Source: Synechocystis sp. PCC 6803 substr. PCC-P
GTDB lineage: Bacteria; Cyanobacteriota; Cyanobacteriia; Cyanobacteriales; Microcystaceae
Length of the DNA stretch: 32,000 nucleotides
Direction of reading: 5' to 3'
Assembly: GCF_000284455.1 (NCBI RefSeq)
Contig: NC_017039.1
Span: 330,001-362,000 of the forward strand
The notes under the pieces were generated by a model. The model was not told the DNA's origin. It saw only the letters and a program-made list of their open reading frames with translations, and did no database searches. This document shows, one piece after another, positions 9,140-18,700 of the stretch (positions within the stretch are counted from its first letter, which is position 1; each line of letters begins with the position of its first letter). The translations under genes and the position numbers were made by a program.

Positions 9140-9625
9140 TCAGGACATAAACTGAATGATGTAATCAAAATAGGGAGCTGTCTCATTGGCATCCTCTGCA
9201 CTCAACAGTCCCAACGCCGCATCCTTCAGTACAGTTACCGCGTCGACCATCCCTGGCACCGGCACATTTAAGGAGTTGTACATTTCCTTCACACCGATTA
9301 AACCAGTAGTTTCAATGGGTTCTTTGTTGCCCGCTAAAACGCCATAGGTAACTAGGCGCAAATACCAACCGTAATCGCGCAAACACTGATTATATTGCCG
9401 CTGACCGTAGGCATTACCTCCGGGAGCACGGTATTCAGGGTGCTTCTTAAACAGTTGTTTTTGGGCTTGATCGACTATCTTTTTTTCATTTTCGGCCAGG
9501 GTTTCCGCAATGCGAATACGCTGGGCACCGGTGGTTAAAAACGCCTGGATCCCTTTGAGTTCACCGCTAGTGGGGTAGCGGAGTTGATCGTCGGCTTGCA
9601 AAATAACTTGACTAACTACACTCAT
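9140..9625 (-). CDS. apcD: Allophycocyanin alpha-B subunit (phycobilisome terminal emitter)
   Basis: 161-aa ORF: [30 protein letters not shown] ... [22 protein letters not shown] ... This is a globin-like phycobiliprotein alpha fold containing the chromophore Cys. Confidence 0.93.
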   Translation of the reverse strand: MSVVSQVILQADDQLRYPTSGELKGIQAFLTTGAQRIRIAETLAENEKKIVDQAQKQLFKKHPEYRAPGGNAYGQRQYNQCLRDYGWYLRLVTYGVLAGNKEPIETTGLIGVKEMYNSLNVPVPGMVDAVTVLKDAALGLLSAEDANETAPYFDYIIQFMS

Positions 9626-9657
9626 GATATCAACAAGAATTTCATATCATACTGTAG

Positions 9658-9693
9658 TTTAGCCTGAGTTGCCCCATACTGCCCCAGGCTAAA
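9658..9693 (-). terminator. Candidate hairpin downstream of metK / upstream of apcD
   Basis: 9-bp inverted repeat TTTAGCCTG (9658-9666) / CAGGCTAAA (9685-9693) with an 18-nt loop, located in the 111-nt metK-apcD gap. The long loop and the absence of a clean U-tract keep confidence low. Confidence 0.3.
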
Positions 9694-9736
9694 TACCCTC
9701 TCATCCTGAGGCAGTGTACTTTTTCCTGCTGCTTCC

Positions 9737-10999
9737 CTAGACGGCCACGGCCTGGGGGCTAGAAGCAAAAGCTGCTTTCAACACATCCACTTTGTCGGTG
9801 TATTCCCAGGGCAAATCCAGGTCATTGCGACCAAAATGGCCATAGGCGGCCACATCTTGATAAAATCTCCCCCCCCGTTCGGCGGGCAAATTCCGCAAAT
9901 TGAGGGATTGGATGATACCGGCTGGGCGCAGTTCAAAGTTTGCCAATACGACTTCCAGCAGTTTTTCTTCATCTACCTTACCGGTGCCAAAGGTATCGAT
10001 TAAAACGCTGACTGGGCGAGCAACCCCAATGGCGTAGCTGACCTGTACTTCGCATTTATCTGCTAAACCGGCAGCAACAATGTTTTTGGCCACATAGCGG
10101 GCGGCATAGGCCGCAGACCGGTCTACCTTGGTGGGATCCTTACCGGAAAAGGCACCACCGCCATGGCGGGAATAACCACCGTAGGTGTCCACAATAATTT
10201 TCCGTCCCGTTAAACCAGCATCCCCTTGGGGACCCCCCACAACAAATTTGCCAGTGGGATTAACAATAAAGCGGGTTTTATCAGTGGGCTTGAGGGCAAT
10301 GTCGCTGAAGCAATGACCCACCACTACGTCCCAAAGATCGGCTTTAATTTTGGCTTGGACTGCATCGTTGTCGGTGATATCGCCAATGTGCTCGTCGTGC
10401 TGAGTGGAAATGAGGATGGTATCAATGGCTACGGGTGAGCCATCTTCGTACAGGATGGAAACTTGGGTTTTACCGTCGGGGCGAAGATAAGCCAATTGGC
10501 CAGATTTACGTACTTCCGATAGGCGCAGGGCAATGCGGTGGGCCAAACTAATGGGTAGGGGCATCAATTCTGGGGTTTCGTTGCAAGCATAGCCAAACAT
10601 TAGGCCCTGATCGCCCGCACCGATTTTGTCTAACTCGTCGTCGCTGAGGGCATGGCGCTGTTCTTGGGCGGCGGTTACACCTTGGGAAATGTCGGGGGAC
10701 TGTTCGTCGATCGCCAGCATGACGGCACAACTGTTAGCGGAGTAGCCATTATCGGCGTTGGTGTAGCCAATTTCAGCAATTTTCTGGCGGATCAATTCGA
10801 CAAAATTAATGTGGGCTTGGGAAGTAATTTCCCCCGTCACTAGGGTCAAGCCTGTGTTGACTACGGTTTCCGCCGCTACTCGACTGTTGGGGTCCAGGGT
10901 TAGGAGGGCATCAAGGATGGTATCGGAAATCTGGTCACACACCTTATCAGGATGGCCTTCTGTCACCGACTCGGAAGTAAATAAATAGCGCTTAGACAA
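9737..10999 (-). CDS. metK: S-adenosylmethionine synthetase
   Basis: Canonical MetK sequence ([22 protein letters not shown] ..., [28 protein letters not shown]). The track start at 11038 is TTG. A TTG at 10999-10997 gives (M)SKRYLFTSE, the usual MetK N-terminus, and is preceded by GAGGA 9 nt upstream. The exact start is uncertain. Confidence 0.95.
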   Translation of the reverse strand: MSKRYLFTSESVTEGHPDKVCDQISDTILDALLTLDPNSRVAAETVVNTGLTLVTGEITSQAHINFVELIRQKIAEIGYTNADNGYSANSCAVMLAIDEQSPDISQGVTAAQEQRHALSDDELDKIGAGDQGLMFGYACNETPELMPLPISLAHRIALRLSEVRKSGQLAYLRPDGKTQVSILYEDGSPVAIDTILISTQHDEHIGDITDNDAVQAKIKADLWDVVVGHCFSDIALKPTDKTRFIVNPTGKFVVGGPQGDAGLTGRKIIVDTYGGYSRHGGGAFSGKDPTKVDRSAAYAARYVAKNIVAAGLADKCEVQVSYAIGVARPVSVLIDTFGTGKVDEEKLLEVVLANFELRPAGIIQSLNLRNLPAERGGRFYQDVAAYGHFGRNDLDLPWEYTDKVDVLKAAFASSPQAVAV

Positions 11000-11134
11000 A
11001 GTCTTCAGTCCTCGTACACGATAAAGGCTATTGGGCAAACAAGACCTTCAACAAAGCTTGTTAAGTTAAATTAACATTTCATCATACAGGTTATTTTCCC
11101 TGGTACGGGAACGGAAAGGGCTAAAATTTGTTCC

Positions 11135-12139
11135 CTATGCTACCAATACCCCTGGGAATTTTTGGGCTTGGAGGGCTGTTTGTAATAGCTCCGGCCCTGC
11201 AGAAGCCAATAGAGTGGAATCACTCAGGGTACGACGCCAAAATTTAGCCCTGGGTTGACCATTGAACAAACTCAATAAATGCCTGGTAATTTGATTAAGG
11301 CGATCGCCGTGACGTAAACGCTCTTCCACATAGGGCAACATACGTTCAATAATTTCCGCTCGGCTGGGGACTAAATTGGTTTTGTGGTAAATGTCCCGGT
11401 CTACGGTGGCGAAAAGGTAGGGATTTTCGTAGGCGGCTCGGCCCACCATCACTGCATCCACATGGCTAAGATGCTGTTGAATTTGCTCAGTTTGGGTGAT
11501 ACCGCCATTAATTTCGATCAATAACTGGGGAAAATCCTTTTTTAATTGATAAACATCTTCGTAACGTAGGGGAGGAATGGTTCGGTTTTCCTTGGGACTA
11601 AGCCCCTGGAGCCAGGCTTTACGGGCATGGACAGTGAATCTTTGACAGCCAGCGTTTGCCACGATTTCGACAAAATGCACTAAATCTTCATAACTGTCCC
11701 GATGATCAATGCCAATGCGATGTTTAACGGTGACGGGAATTTCCACGGCCTTTTGCATTGCACTCACACATTGGGCTACCAAATCCGGTTGAGCCATTAA
11801 ACAAGCCCCAAAATTGCCGCTCTGCACCCGATCGCTGGGACAGCCCACATTCAAGTTAATTTCGTCATATCCCCAATCCTGGCCAATGCGGGCACATTCC
11901 GCTAGGAGTTGGGGATCATCGCCCCCCAATTGCAACGCTACGGGTTTTTCCTCCGGGCTAAAATTTAATAACCTCTGGCGATCGCCGTGGAGGATGGCCT
12001 GGGCCGTAATCATTTCTGTGTACAACAGGGTGTGGCGGGTTAACTGCCGTAGAAAATAGCGAAAATGGCGATCAGTATGGTCCATCATTGGGGCCACACT
12101 GAGGGGATTAATAGAAGAATCAGCGAAAATTTTTGTCAT
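11135..12139 (-). CDS. dusA: tRNA-dihydrouridine synthase A
   Basis: 334-aa ORF with an ATG start. APMMDHTDRHFRYFLRQLTRHTLLYTEMITAQAILHGD matches the DusA N-terminus. TIM-barrel flavoenzyme motifs are present (NLNVGCPS, VKHRIG). Confidence 0.92.
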   Translation of the reverse strand: MTKIFADSSINPLSVAPMMDHTDRHFRYFLRQLTRHTLLYTEMITAQAILHGDRQRLLNFSPEEKPVALQLGGDDPQLLAECARIGQDWGYDEINLNVGCPSDRVQSGNFGACLMAQPDLVAQCVSAMQKAVEIPVTVKHRIGIDHRDSYEDLVHFVEIVANAGCQRFTVHARKAWLQGLSPKENRTIPPLRYEDVYQLKKDFPQLLIEINGGITQTEQIQQHLSHVDAVMVGRAAYENPYLFATVDRDIYHKTNLVPSRAEIIERMLPYVEERLRHGDRLNQITRHLLSLFNGQPRAKFWRRTLSDSTLLASAGPELLQTALQAQKFPGVLVA

Positions 12140-12150
12140 CAGGACAATAT

Positions 12151-12759
12151 TTACGTTAAATCAGTCTCCATGCCAACTTCATCCACCAATGCCGGCAGAT
12201 TCAGGGTGGCATAAATTTCCGCCAAAGGAATGGCTAAATTAAGCGCCTCAATGTCGGCGATCGCCTCTAGACCCTCATAGGACTTCAGCAACCAAAAATC
12301 CTGGGGAGTCCGCTGAAAACACTCCACCAAATACTGCTGGGCGTTGACCAAAATATACGCCCATAAACTGGGCAGGGTGCGGTAATCCTGAAACTTTTTG
12401 CCCCGGTCAAAGCCTTCTGTGGATTCCGACAAAACCTCAATAATCACCCTGGGAAAATTAACAAATGCCTGGCTCGGAGCATCTCTTTCGTCACAAGTTA
12501 CCAACAGGTCAGGATAATAAAACCGTCTTCCTTCCTTTAGTTTCACCTTCAAATCAGCAAAGTAGACACGACAGCCAGAATTTTGGAGGCGACTACGAAG
12601 GGCCATGTAAAAATTGCCACTGATGATGTTGTGAATTCCACCAGTGCCGGCCATGGCGTAAATCTGGCCATCGATGTATTCATGCTTAACGTCACTGCGG
12701 CTTTCCAGCTCTAAGTAATCGTCGGGGGAAAAGTATCCATTGGAGGAGAGCGCAACCAT
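12151..12759 (-). CDS. Uma2 (DUF820) family putative endonuclease, copy 1 of 5
   Basis: Family-typical N-terminus ([28 protein letters not shown]) and a PD-(D/E)xK-like core (YYPDLLVTC ... [12 protein letters not shown] ... DRGKKFQDY). The stop lies 11 nt upstream of the dusA start. The track start at 12771 is TTG; I prefer the ATG at 12759. Confidence 0.85.
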
Positions 12760-13025
12760 CTGCCTTGCCAAATTTGTCTAATTGATTGCCTTCATTCTAT
12801 GGCCCCACACCATTGCGTTAAATATCTTTACGATCGCCATTGGCTAGCCATGGGAAGCTAAAATACAGGCCGGATAACCCCATTTACCCTTTCCCAAAGC
12901 CAGAGTACCCTAGGGGAGAGCGAGTAAATTGCAGGCCGAAAATCCGAGAGAATCGGTAAAATGGCAAAGTCAGCATTTTCGCTTGTAAACCCAACATTAC
13001 CTACAAACTTCAACAAAAAACACCT

Positions 13026-13559
13026 GTGGCCGATAAAAGAAGACCCCAACGCGACTTACCTCAAATTAACGAAAGAATACGTTTCCCAGAAATACGAGTC
13101 ATTGACAGTGACGGTGCCCAATTGGGGATCATTACCCCCAATGAAGCCATGGAAATCGCCGACGAGCGGGGGCTCGACCTTGTGTTAGTGAGTGAGACCG
13201 CCGATCCGCCGGTGTGCCGCATCATGGACTATGGCAAATATAAATTTGAGCAGGAGAAAAAAGCCCGGGAGGCCAAGAAAAAACAACATACCGCCGACGT
13301 TAAGGAAGTAAAAATGCGGTACAAAATCGATGAACACGACTATCAAGTGCGCATCAATCAGGCCAAACGCTTCCTCAAAGCTGGGGATAAAGTCAAGGCA
13401 ACGGTGAACTTCCGGGGGCGGGAAATTCAGCACGCCCACCTAGCGAAGGAATTACTGGACCGCATGGCAACGGACCTGGCCACCGAAGCCGATATCCAGC
13501 AGGCTCCCAAACGGGAAGGACGCAATATGATGATGTTCCTTTCCCCCAAAAAGGTTTAG
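13026..13559 (+). CDS. infC: Translation initiation factor IF-3
   Basis: [66 protein letters not shown] ... is canonical IF-3. The called start is GTG, with an in-frame stop at 12957. A non-ATG start agrees with the discriminating-start autoregulation known for infC in E. coli. Confidence 0.95.
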   Translation: MADKRRPQRDLPQINERIRFPEIRVIDSDGAQLGIITPNEAMEIADERGLDLVLVSETADPPVCRIMDYGKYKFEQEKKAREAKKKQHTADVKEVKMRYKIDEHDYQVRINQAKRFLKAGDKVKATVNFRGREIQHAHLAKELLDRMATDLATEADIQQAPKREGRNMMMFLSPKKV

Positions 13560-13704
13560 ACCTATACAAACGATGAACCTACGCCGTTGAATGGTTCTTA
13601 AAAAGTTTTGTGAATCCCCTGAGAAGGTGTTTGGAAAGTTTTATTCTGCCCCCTAAATCTCCTCACTAAAGCTCCGGCAATACTAGAGGACTTTCAGTCA
13701 GTTT

Positions 13705-13735
13705 CCCCCTAAATTTGGGGGTCAGGGGGGCTTTT
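13705..13735 (+). terminator. Candidate intrinsic terminator (infC 3' UTR or an independent small transcript)
   Basis: CCCCC (13705-13709) can pair with GGGGG (13717-13721) or with GGGGGG (13725-13730). The latter is followed by CTTTT (13731-13735). Confidence 0.35.
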
Positions 13736-13862
13736 AAAGCATGTTCTGAGACGATCTGAGGGGATTTTTCTTTTGGCTGTTACAACGGGGTCAATGTTGC
13801 CGGAGGGCCGCACAAGTTTTCGGCCCCTGTCCTAGAATGGGGAAATTAGCAGAGCCCCACTG

Positions 13863-14720
13863 GTGGAGGAAACGGTCTTGGACGAACTGCGCTCAGCGTT
13901 AGAGTTGGCGACGGAGGATGAACTGACCCAACTAACGCAAATTCTCTTTTGTAGAAAATTTAATCCTTTGGATTATCTGCAAACCCCCCTTCCGGTGGAG
14001 GTACAAAGCTTGGATCGTCCCCTCTGGGAAAGTTCCCTCGAGGAAAGATTCCGCTATTTAGCCGCCGATGGCCTAACGGTTTTACGGGGCAAGGCCAAGC
14101 AATTTAGCTACCGGGACACCCTCATTCGGGTTTGTCAATTCCTCAAAGTGCCCTACGCCCAACAGATGACTACCCTGGATTTGGAAACGGATATTTTTCT
14201 CCACTTGGTCAACCAAGCTTGGCAAAAATTGCCCCCGGCGGAGCAGAATAATTTGACTCGTAAAATCCAACAGTCCCTGATTAATTCTCCTTTGCCGGAA
14301 CCTCTGCCCCTGCAAATTCAACACAATCCCGTCAATGTCATCCTCAAGGGAGGTGGGGCGATCGCCGTTAGTTCGGTGCTCAGACCCCTACTGTTGGGGC
14401 GCATCTTACAGCAAGTGACGGTACACATTGCCCAATATCAAGTGGCCAAATCGTTGCTGATGAAGGGGGGACTAAATGTCGCCAGTCAGTTACAAAATCA
14501 GTTAGCCCTCCAAACCGCTAAACAGGGGGTGCTGATGGGAACGGCTCGTTACGGGGCAGTGCGGACAATTTTTTCGGTGTTGGGACCGGCTCTGTGGGGA
14601 TTATTCCTAGCGGATCTGGGCTGGCGAGCGATCGCCACTAACTATGGGCGTATTATTCCGGTGATTTTTACCCTGGCCCAAATCCGTTTAACGAGGGAAA
14701 CCTGTTGGCAACTGGCCTAG
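13863..14720 (+). CDS. Hypothetical protein, YaaW/UPF0174-like N-terminal half with a hydrophobic C-terminal half
   Basis: 285-aa ORF with a GTG start and no upstream in-frame ATG. The N-terminus (ELATEDELTQLTQILF ... FRYLAADGLTVLRGK ... SYRDTLIRVCQFLKVPY) resembles the YaaW family from memory. Confidence 0.6.
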   Translation: MEETVLDELRSALELATEDELTQLTQILFCRKFNPLDYLQTPLPVEVQSLDRPLWESSLEERFRYLAADGLTVLRGKAKQFSYRDTLIRVCQFLKVPYAQQMTTLDLETDIFLHLVNQAWQKLPPAEQNNLTRKIQQSLINSPLPEPLPLQIQHNPVNVILKGGGAIAVSSVLRPLLLGRILQQVTVHIAQYQVAKSLLMKGGLNVASQLQNQLALQTAKQGVLMGTARYGAVRTIFSVLGPALWGLFLADLGWRAIATNYGRIIPVIFTLAQIRLTRETCWQLA

Positions 14721-14743
14721 GTTTGGCTAATTAATTCGACCTA

Positions 14744-15298
14744 TTAGGAACGCCGGCGAGATTTAGACTTGCCTTGGCTAGAGTGTTTTTTTTGCTGTGG
14801 CTTTAGCTTTTTTTTGAGCCAACTACCTCCCCAATCGCTCACACTATGGGCCATGGCCCCTGCCTCCAAGCCAACAAAAATTGTTAGCAGTTCCCAACGG
14901 TGTTGCTCCAGCCATTGTCTCGGGATCAACCAGTTAATTCCCTGTAAATTAAGCTTTTGTAACAGTATCAGCACTGTCCCTATGCCTGCTGAAGCCAGTA
15001 GCAGCCAACTGCCTAGATACAATAAACGCAAAATCGTACCAATCAAAAAGCCGTGGGAAAGGGGCGATCGATGGGGAATGAAGTGGCGGTAGGGAAGCCA
15101 GACCCATCTCAGCCAGCCCCACCTTTTATATTGACAGGAATGGATGTCCAGATCCGGGCCAAACATCAACCCGCTAAATCCAAAGGCGATCGCCATTAGC
15201 AGGGTTAGTCGGGCACTACCAGTGCCAATAAATGTGATGGCCATAACCGCTGGGGTGGCTCCCAGGGTAATGCGGTCATGGATTTTACCGGCGGGCAT
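14744..15298 (-). CDS. Membrane protein, DUF2227-like putative metal-binding protein
   Basis: 184-aa ORF with an ATG start. It has an N-terminal MPAGKIHDRITLG motif, His-rich conserved patches (FGPDLDIHS, HRSPLSHG), several TM helices and a Lys/Arg-rich tail. Confidence 0.65.
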   Translation of the reverse strand: MPAGKIHDRITLGATPAVMAITFIGTGSARLTLLMAIAFGFSGLMFGPDLDIHSCQYKRWGWLRWVWLPYRHFIPHRSPLSHGFLIGTILRLLYLGSWLLLASAGIGTVLILLQKLNLQGINWLIPRQWLEQHRWELLTIFVGLEAGAMAHSVSDWGGSWLKKKLKPQQKKHSSQGKSKSRRRS

Positions 15299-15397
15299 GG
15301 CAAAGGCAAAAAGGGAATAGGTAACTAGGAAAAAATTTTTTCCGATGGCGATCGAACAAAACGATAACCTATGATATAGTGGTTAAGCACGAGTAAA

Positions 15398-15470
<73 letters not shown>

Positions 15471-15535
15471 TACGTTAAGCCTTTTTTGGACCTGGCCATT
15501 TTTGCCCCGCAAGGTGGGGTTCTGTGCTCCCGATC

Positions 15536-17806
15536 CTAATTGTCTGCCTGGGCAACTTTTTGACGATCGTAGTAACGGTTATTGTAGTAACGACCATAGT
15601 AGTAGCCATAACCGCCGGACGTAGAAGTGATAGCATTGGCCACAATTCCGATAACGTTGAGATCAGCCAACGCCAATTCCCGAAAAGCTTCCTTGATGCT
15701 ATCCTTGCGGGTCTTATTGAGGCGCACCACCACCACCAGACCATCGGTTTGATCTGCAATCAGACGGGAATCCGTTAGACCCAAAATGGGGGGCGTATCG
15801 ATCAAAATTAGGTCGAAAGTCTCTTTCCACTGATTCATTTTGACGACAAAATTTTGGGAAGCAGAAACCAACTGCTCCGGGGTCATGGTGTCATCTTGGA
15901 CTTTGAAGTAGAACAGATTCTTGCCCAAAGGTTCGGGTAAATCCCCATTGTGACCATTAGAGTTGGCCACCAGACTGCCGAGGACGCCATTACCATCGGG
16001 GGTGGTGTTTTCGCCTCCGAAGCCGGTAATTTCAGCTAACTTCAACCAGGACTCCTTTTGAGGAAAATAGCGATCGCCATCCACCAGCAGCACTTTTTGC
16101 CCCAACTTAGCGGCAGCTTGGGCCAGGAAAAAAGCCGTGGTAGATTTTCCATCACCGGACTCAGCCGAGGTAACCACAAAGGAATGGCACTGGCGTTTGC
16201 GCTTGAGGAAAAACAGGTTGGAATAGAGCCTAGCGTAGGACTCTTGCATTGCCTCATTGGGCAGAGGGGAGCCATACTTAATACTGGCTCGCAAATCCTT
16301 TTCCAAGGGAATGTACCCTAGGATGGTGTGGTGCTGACTAGCTCTCAAATCTTCGACACTGTGATAGGCAGGATCTAGCTTATCAACCAATAGGGCCGCG
16401 CCTCCCCCGGCCAAAAGTCCCAGCATGACAGAAAGTAAAATATCCCTGGGCAGGGTATTAATCGGTGTATCGGGTAGGGTAATGGCGGAAACTAAGCGCC
16501 AGGGTACAAAGCTCCTCGCGACCTCCACTTCCAGTGCCTGCCTTGTGGTCACTAATTGGGTTAAACCACTTCTTTGAAGCTCCAATTCCTGTTGGAGACT
16601 GGCAAACTCGCCAGCAATGGTGGTGAAATTTTCCAATTGATTTCTCAGTTCCGCTTCCGACCCAATGATACTTTCCAGTTCAATGTTGAGAATATCTAGC
16701 TCAATGCCCACACTGGCAAGTTCCTGCAAAGCTTCTGCCTTGGGCCCCCCCACGTCTGTGGCAATGAGGACCTGATCCAATTCTCCATTGCTGAGCGTCC
16801 CCTTTTCTTTTTCGGCTTCGGCTCTGATCAACTGCAAAACGTTATCCTTTTCTTCTTGCAACTGCTCCATCTGGGGGCTATTGCCAGTGTAGATGGTGCT
16901 AGCTTCCGCCAATTTGAGGTTGATTTCGTTGAGCCGACTAACTAAGCCTGCATAGACAGGGGATTGTCCCAGGGAGCTCAAGCCAAAGGCACTATTGTTA
17001 TCTATGCCCGTTTTTTGTTCCAGGGCATCTCGTTTGGCGGTTAGTTGTTGGATTTTGATCGACAAATTTTGCCGGAGCACATTAATTTCGTTGAGGCGTG
17101 AGCTGAGATTTTCTGCTGTCTGGCTAGGGTCAAAAAACTTATATTGCTGCTGCAATGCCAACATTTGCGCTTGCAACTCTGCCACCCGGTCTTGGAATTT
17201 GGGCAACTGGTCATTAACAAAGCGGAGTTTTTCACTCTCCTGTCTGGCTTGCTCTCTACGGGTGTAGTCTAAATATTGTTCAGCTAGAGCCTCCAAAACC
17301 GCCTTGACCCTTTCTTGGTCATTGCCCCGGTAGCTGATCTCAACAATGCCTGTGTCCGGCACCACCATCACCGACAGGCTAGCCAGAAAACTACTATAGG
17401 AAATTTGCTCCTCTGGGGGGAGGGCGTCATAAATTTGGCTCCAGACCGGCTCCAATAGAATATTACTTTGTAGAATTTCCGACTGGGTGTTCAAATATTC
17501 TTTGCCCCGGGGAAGGCTGCCCAGCAGTCCCGAACCTTGGAGTTGGGCCAGGGGATTAACCGTTTCATTCTCGGGGGGGGAAACCAGTAATTGGAAACTA
17601 GATTGAAAAACCGGCGGCTTATCAAGTTGCCGCTTGAGGTTCAAGCCTCCCACCGCTAGGGCCACCAGGACAACAATCCACCATCTCCTCCTCAATACAC
17701 CTGTCAGGTTACCAAGGGAAAAAGAGTCCACTTCTTCAGCACCGTATGCTCCAACTAGCGGAGGGGGGGGGCTACCTTGGGGCAATTCTGGGTAACTGTA
17801 GGTCAT
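15536..17806 (-). CDS. wzc: Polysaccharide co-polymerase / BY-type tyrosine autokinase (Wzc/GumC-EpsB family)
   Basis: 756-aa ORF with an ATG start. N-terminal TM helix (WWIVVLVALAVGGL), a long coiled-coil periplasmic region and a second TM (LLSVMLGLLAGGGAALLV). The kinase domain has Walker A SAESGDGKST, A' VLLVDGD and B DLILIDTPP. The C-terminal Tyr cluster is GGYGYYYGRYYNNRYYD. It matches my recollection of Sll0923. Confidence 0.92.
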   Translation of the reverse strand: MTYSYPELPQGSPPPPLVGAYGAEEVDSFSLGNLTGVLRRRWWIVVLVALAVGGLNLKRQLDKPPVFQSSFQLLVSPPENETVNPLAQLQGSGLLGSLPRGKEYLNTQSEILQSNILLEPVWSQIYDALPPEEQISYSSFLASLSVMVVPDTGIVEISYRGNDQERVKAVLEALAEQYLDYTRREQARQESEKLRFVNDQLPKFQDRVAELQAQMLALQQQYKFFDPSQTAENLSSRLNEINVLRQNLSIKIQQLTAKRDALEQKTGIDNNSAFGLSSLGQSPVYAGLVSRLNEINLKLAEASTIYTGNSPQMEQLQEEKDNVLQLIRAEAEKEKGTLSNGELDQVLIATDVGGPKAEALQELASVGIELDILNIELESIIGSEAELRNQLENFTTIAGEFASLQQELELQRSGLTQLVTTRQALEVEVARSFVPWRLVSAITLPDTPINTLPRDILLSVMLGLLAGGGAALLVDKLDPAYHSVEDLRASQHHTILGYIPLEKDLRASIKYGSPLPNEAMQESYARLYSNLFFLKRKRQCHSFVVTSAESGDGKSTTAFFLAQAAAKLGQKVLLVDGDRYFPQKESWLKLAEITGFGGENTTPDGNGVLGSLVANSNGHNGDLPEPLGKNLFYFKVQDDTMTPEQLVSASQNFVVKMNQWKETFDLILIDTPPILGLTDSRLIADQTDGLVVVVRLNKTRKDSIKEAFRELALADLNVIGIVANAITSTSGGYGYYYGRYYNNRYYDRQKVAQADN

Positions 17807-18184
17807 TATCTTGGGGGGAATGGTTATTGGGCAAGGATGCTTGGGGAATTAGCCATGGTTTAGCACCTAGTGTGTGGAAGCAGTTTTATTTACTTGGGTC
17901 AATATTACCGTTATTTTCGGTGACTGTGCACTGTCAATACTAGCCTGGATCTACTGGGAAGGACTCCCACCGGGTTGTTCTAGTTCCTCGGACTACAGCA
18001 GGGCCGGAGGACAAAAAACCGAGTCAGAATCGGCGATCGCCATTGGCCAAAAGATTTAGCACCGATGATGATGATCATCTGTGGCCGGGTGGAGGGATGG
18101 AGAGTTTGAATTGTTATGACCATAATTGTCTTAGGTCAGTGTGATGCTAACGCAGAACCCCTGTCTCCATAAATTTGAACCTTC

Positions 18185-18259
18185 ACACTTAAGTATTGTT
18201 TGCAACACTTAAGTATTAACCAGGTAAGATTGATAACAAATTTTTCCTTGTTTACCTGG
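18185..18259. promoter_or_regulatory. Compound repeat element in the wzc / Uma2-wzm divergent intergenic region (candidate operator)
   Basis: The 13-bp direct repeat ACACTTAAGTATT occurs at 18185-18197 and 18205-18217 (20-bp phasing). Each copy contains the 8-bp palindrome ACTTAAGT. An 8-bp inverted repeat follows immediately: CCAGGTAA (18220-18227) / TTACCTGG (18252-18259). Confidence 0.35.
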
Positions 18260-18700
18260 ACAAAAATGGGTCAATAAATTAGATTTGTCTGTAACCGAAT
18301 TCGCTTGATCACGGACTCATATCCTGGAATAAAAACCAGTTCAGACTGAATAACTTTTTTGTTTTCCACAGCGGGAGAAGTTCTTAGTATAAGCTCTCGG
18401 CAGGAGTGAATGTTTTTTTCTTATAAAAACAATTGAATTTTCGTTTTTCCACCCTAGCCGGAGCCTCGACGGTCCCACAGATCTCGGTTTCGTCTGCCGT
18501 ATTCTTAGACCAAGCTAAGAACGTATGCAGGATTCCTGTGGCCAAAAATAGGAAATGTAACCGGTGAAAAGCCAATAGTTTGCTCCCATTTGCGGTCCAG
18601 GGGAGAACGGCGACATAAATGCCCGGCAGGATTTCTGCCCACTTGGGGCAAGCCATTATGATGGAAGCCGGCCCTTCTCCATCATCATTCGGAGGACAAT

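Noticed and set aside
12772-12860. Search for a displaced dusA 5'-end relic upstream of the Uma2 gene at 12151-12759, and likewise a wzm relic upstream of 18701
   Set aside because: Hand alignment gave only ~50% identity over 25 nt, which is not better than chance. The relic pattern is supported only at the aminotransferase junction.
15475-15778. ORFs at 15475-15759 (minus) and 15524-15778 (plus) near the wzc 3' end
   Set aside because: They overlap the Tyr-cluster and kinase-domain coding region of wzc in other frames, and their translations are repetitive artefacts.
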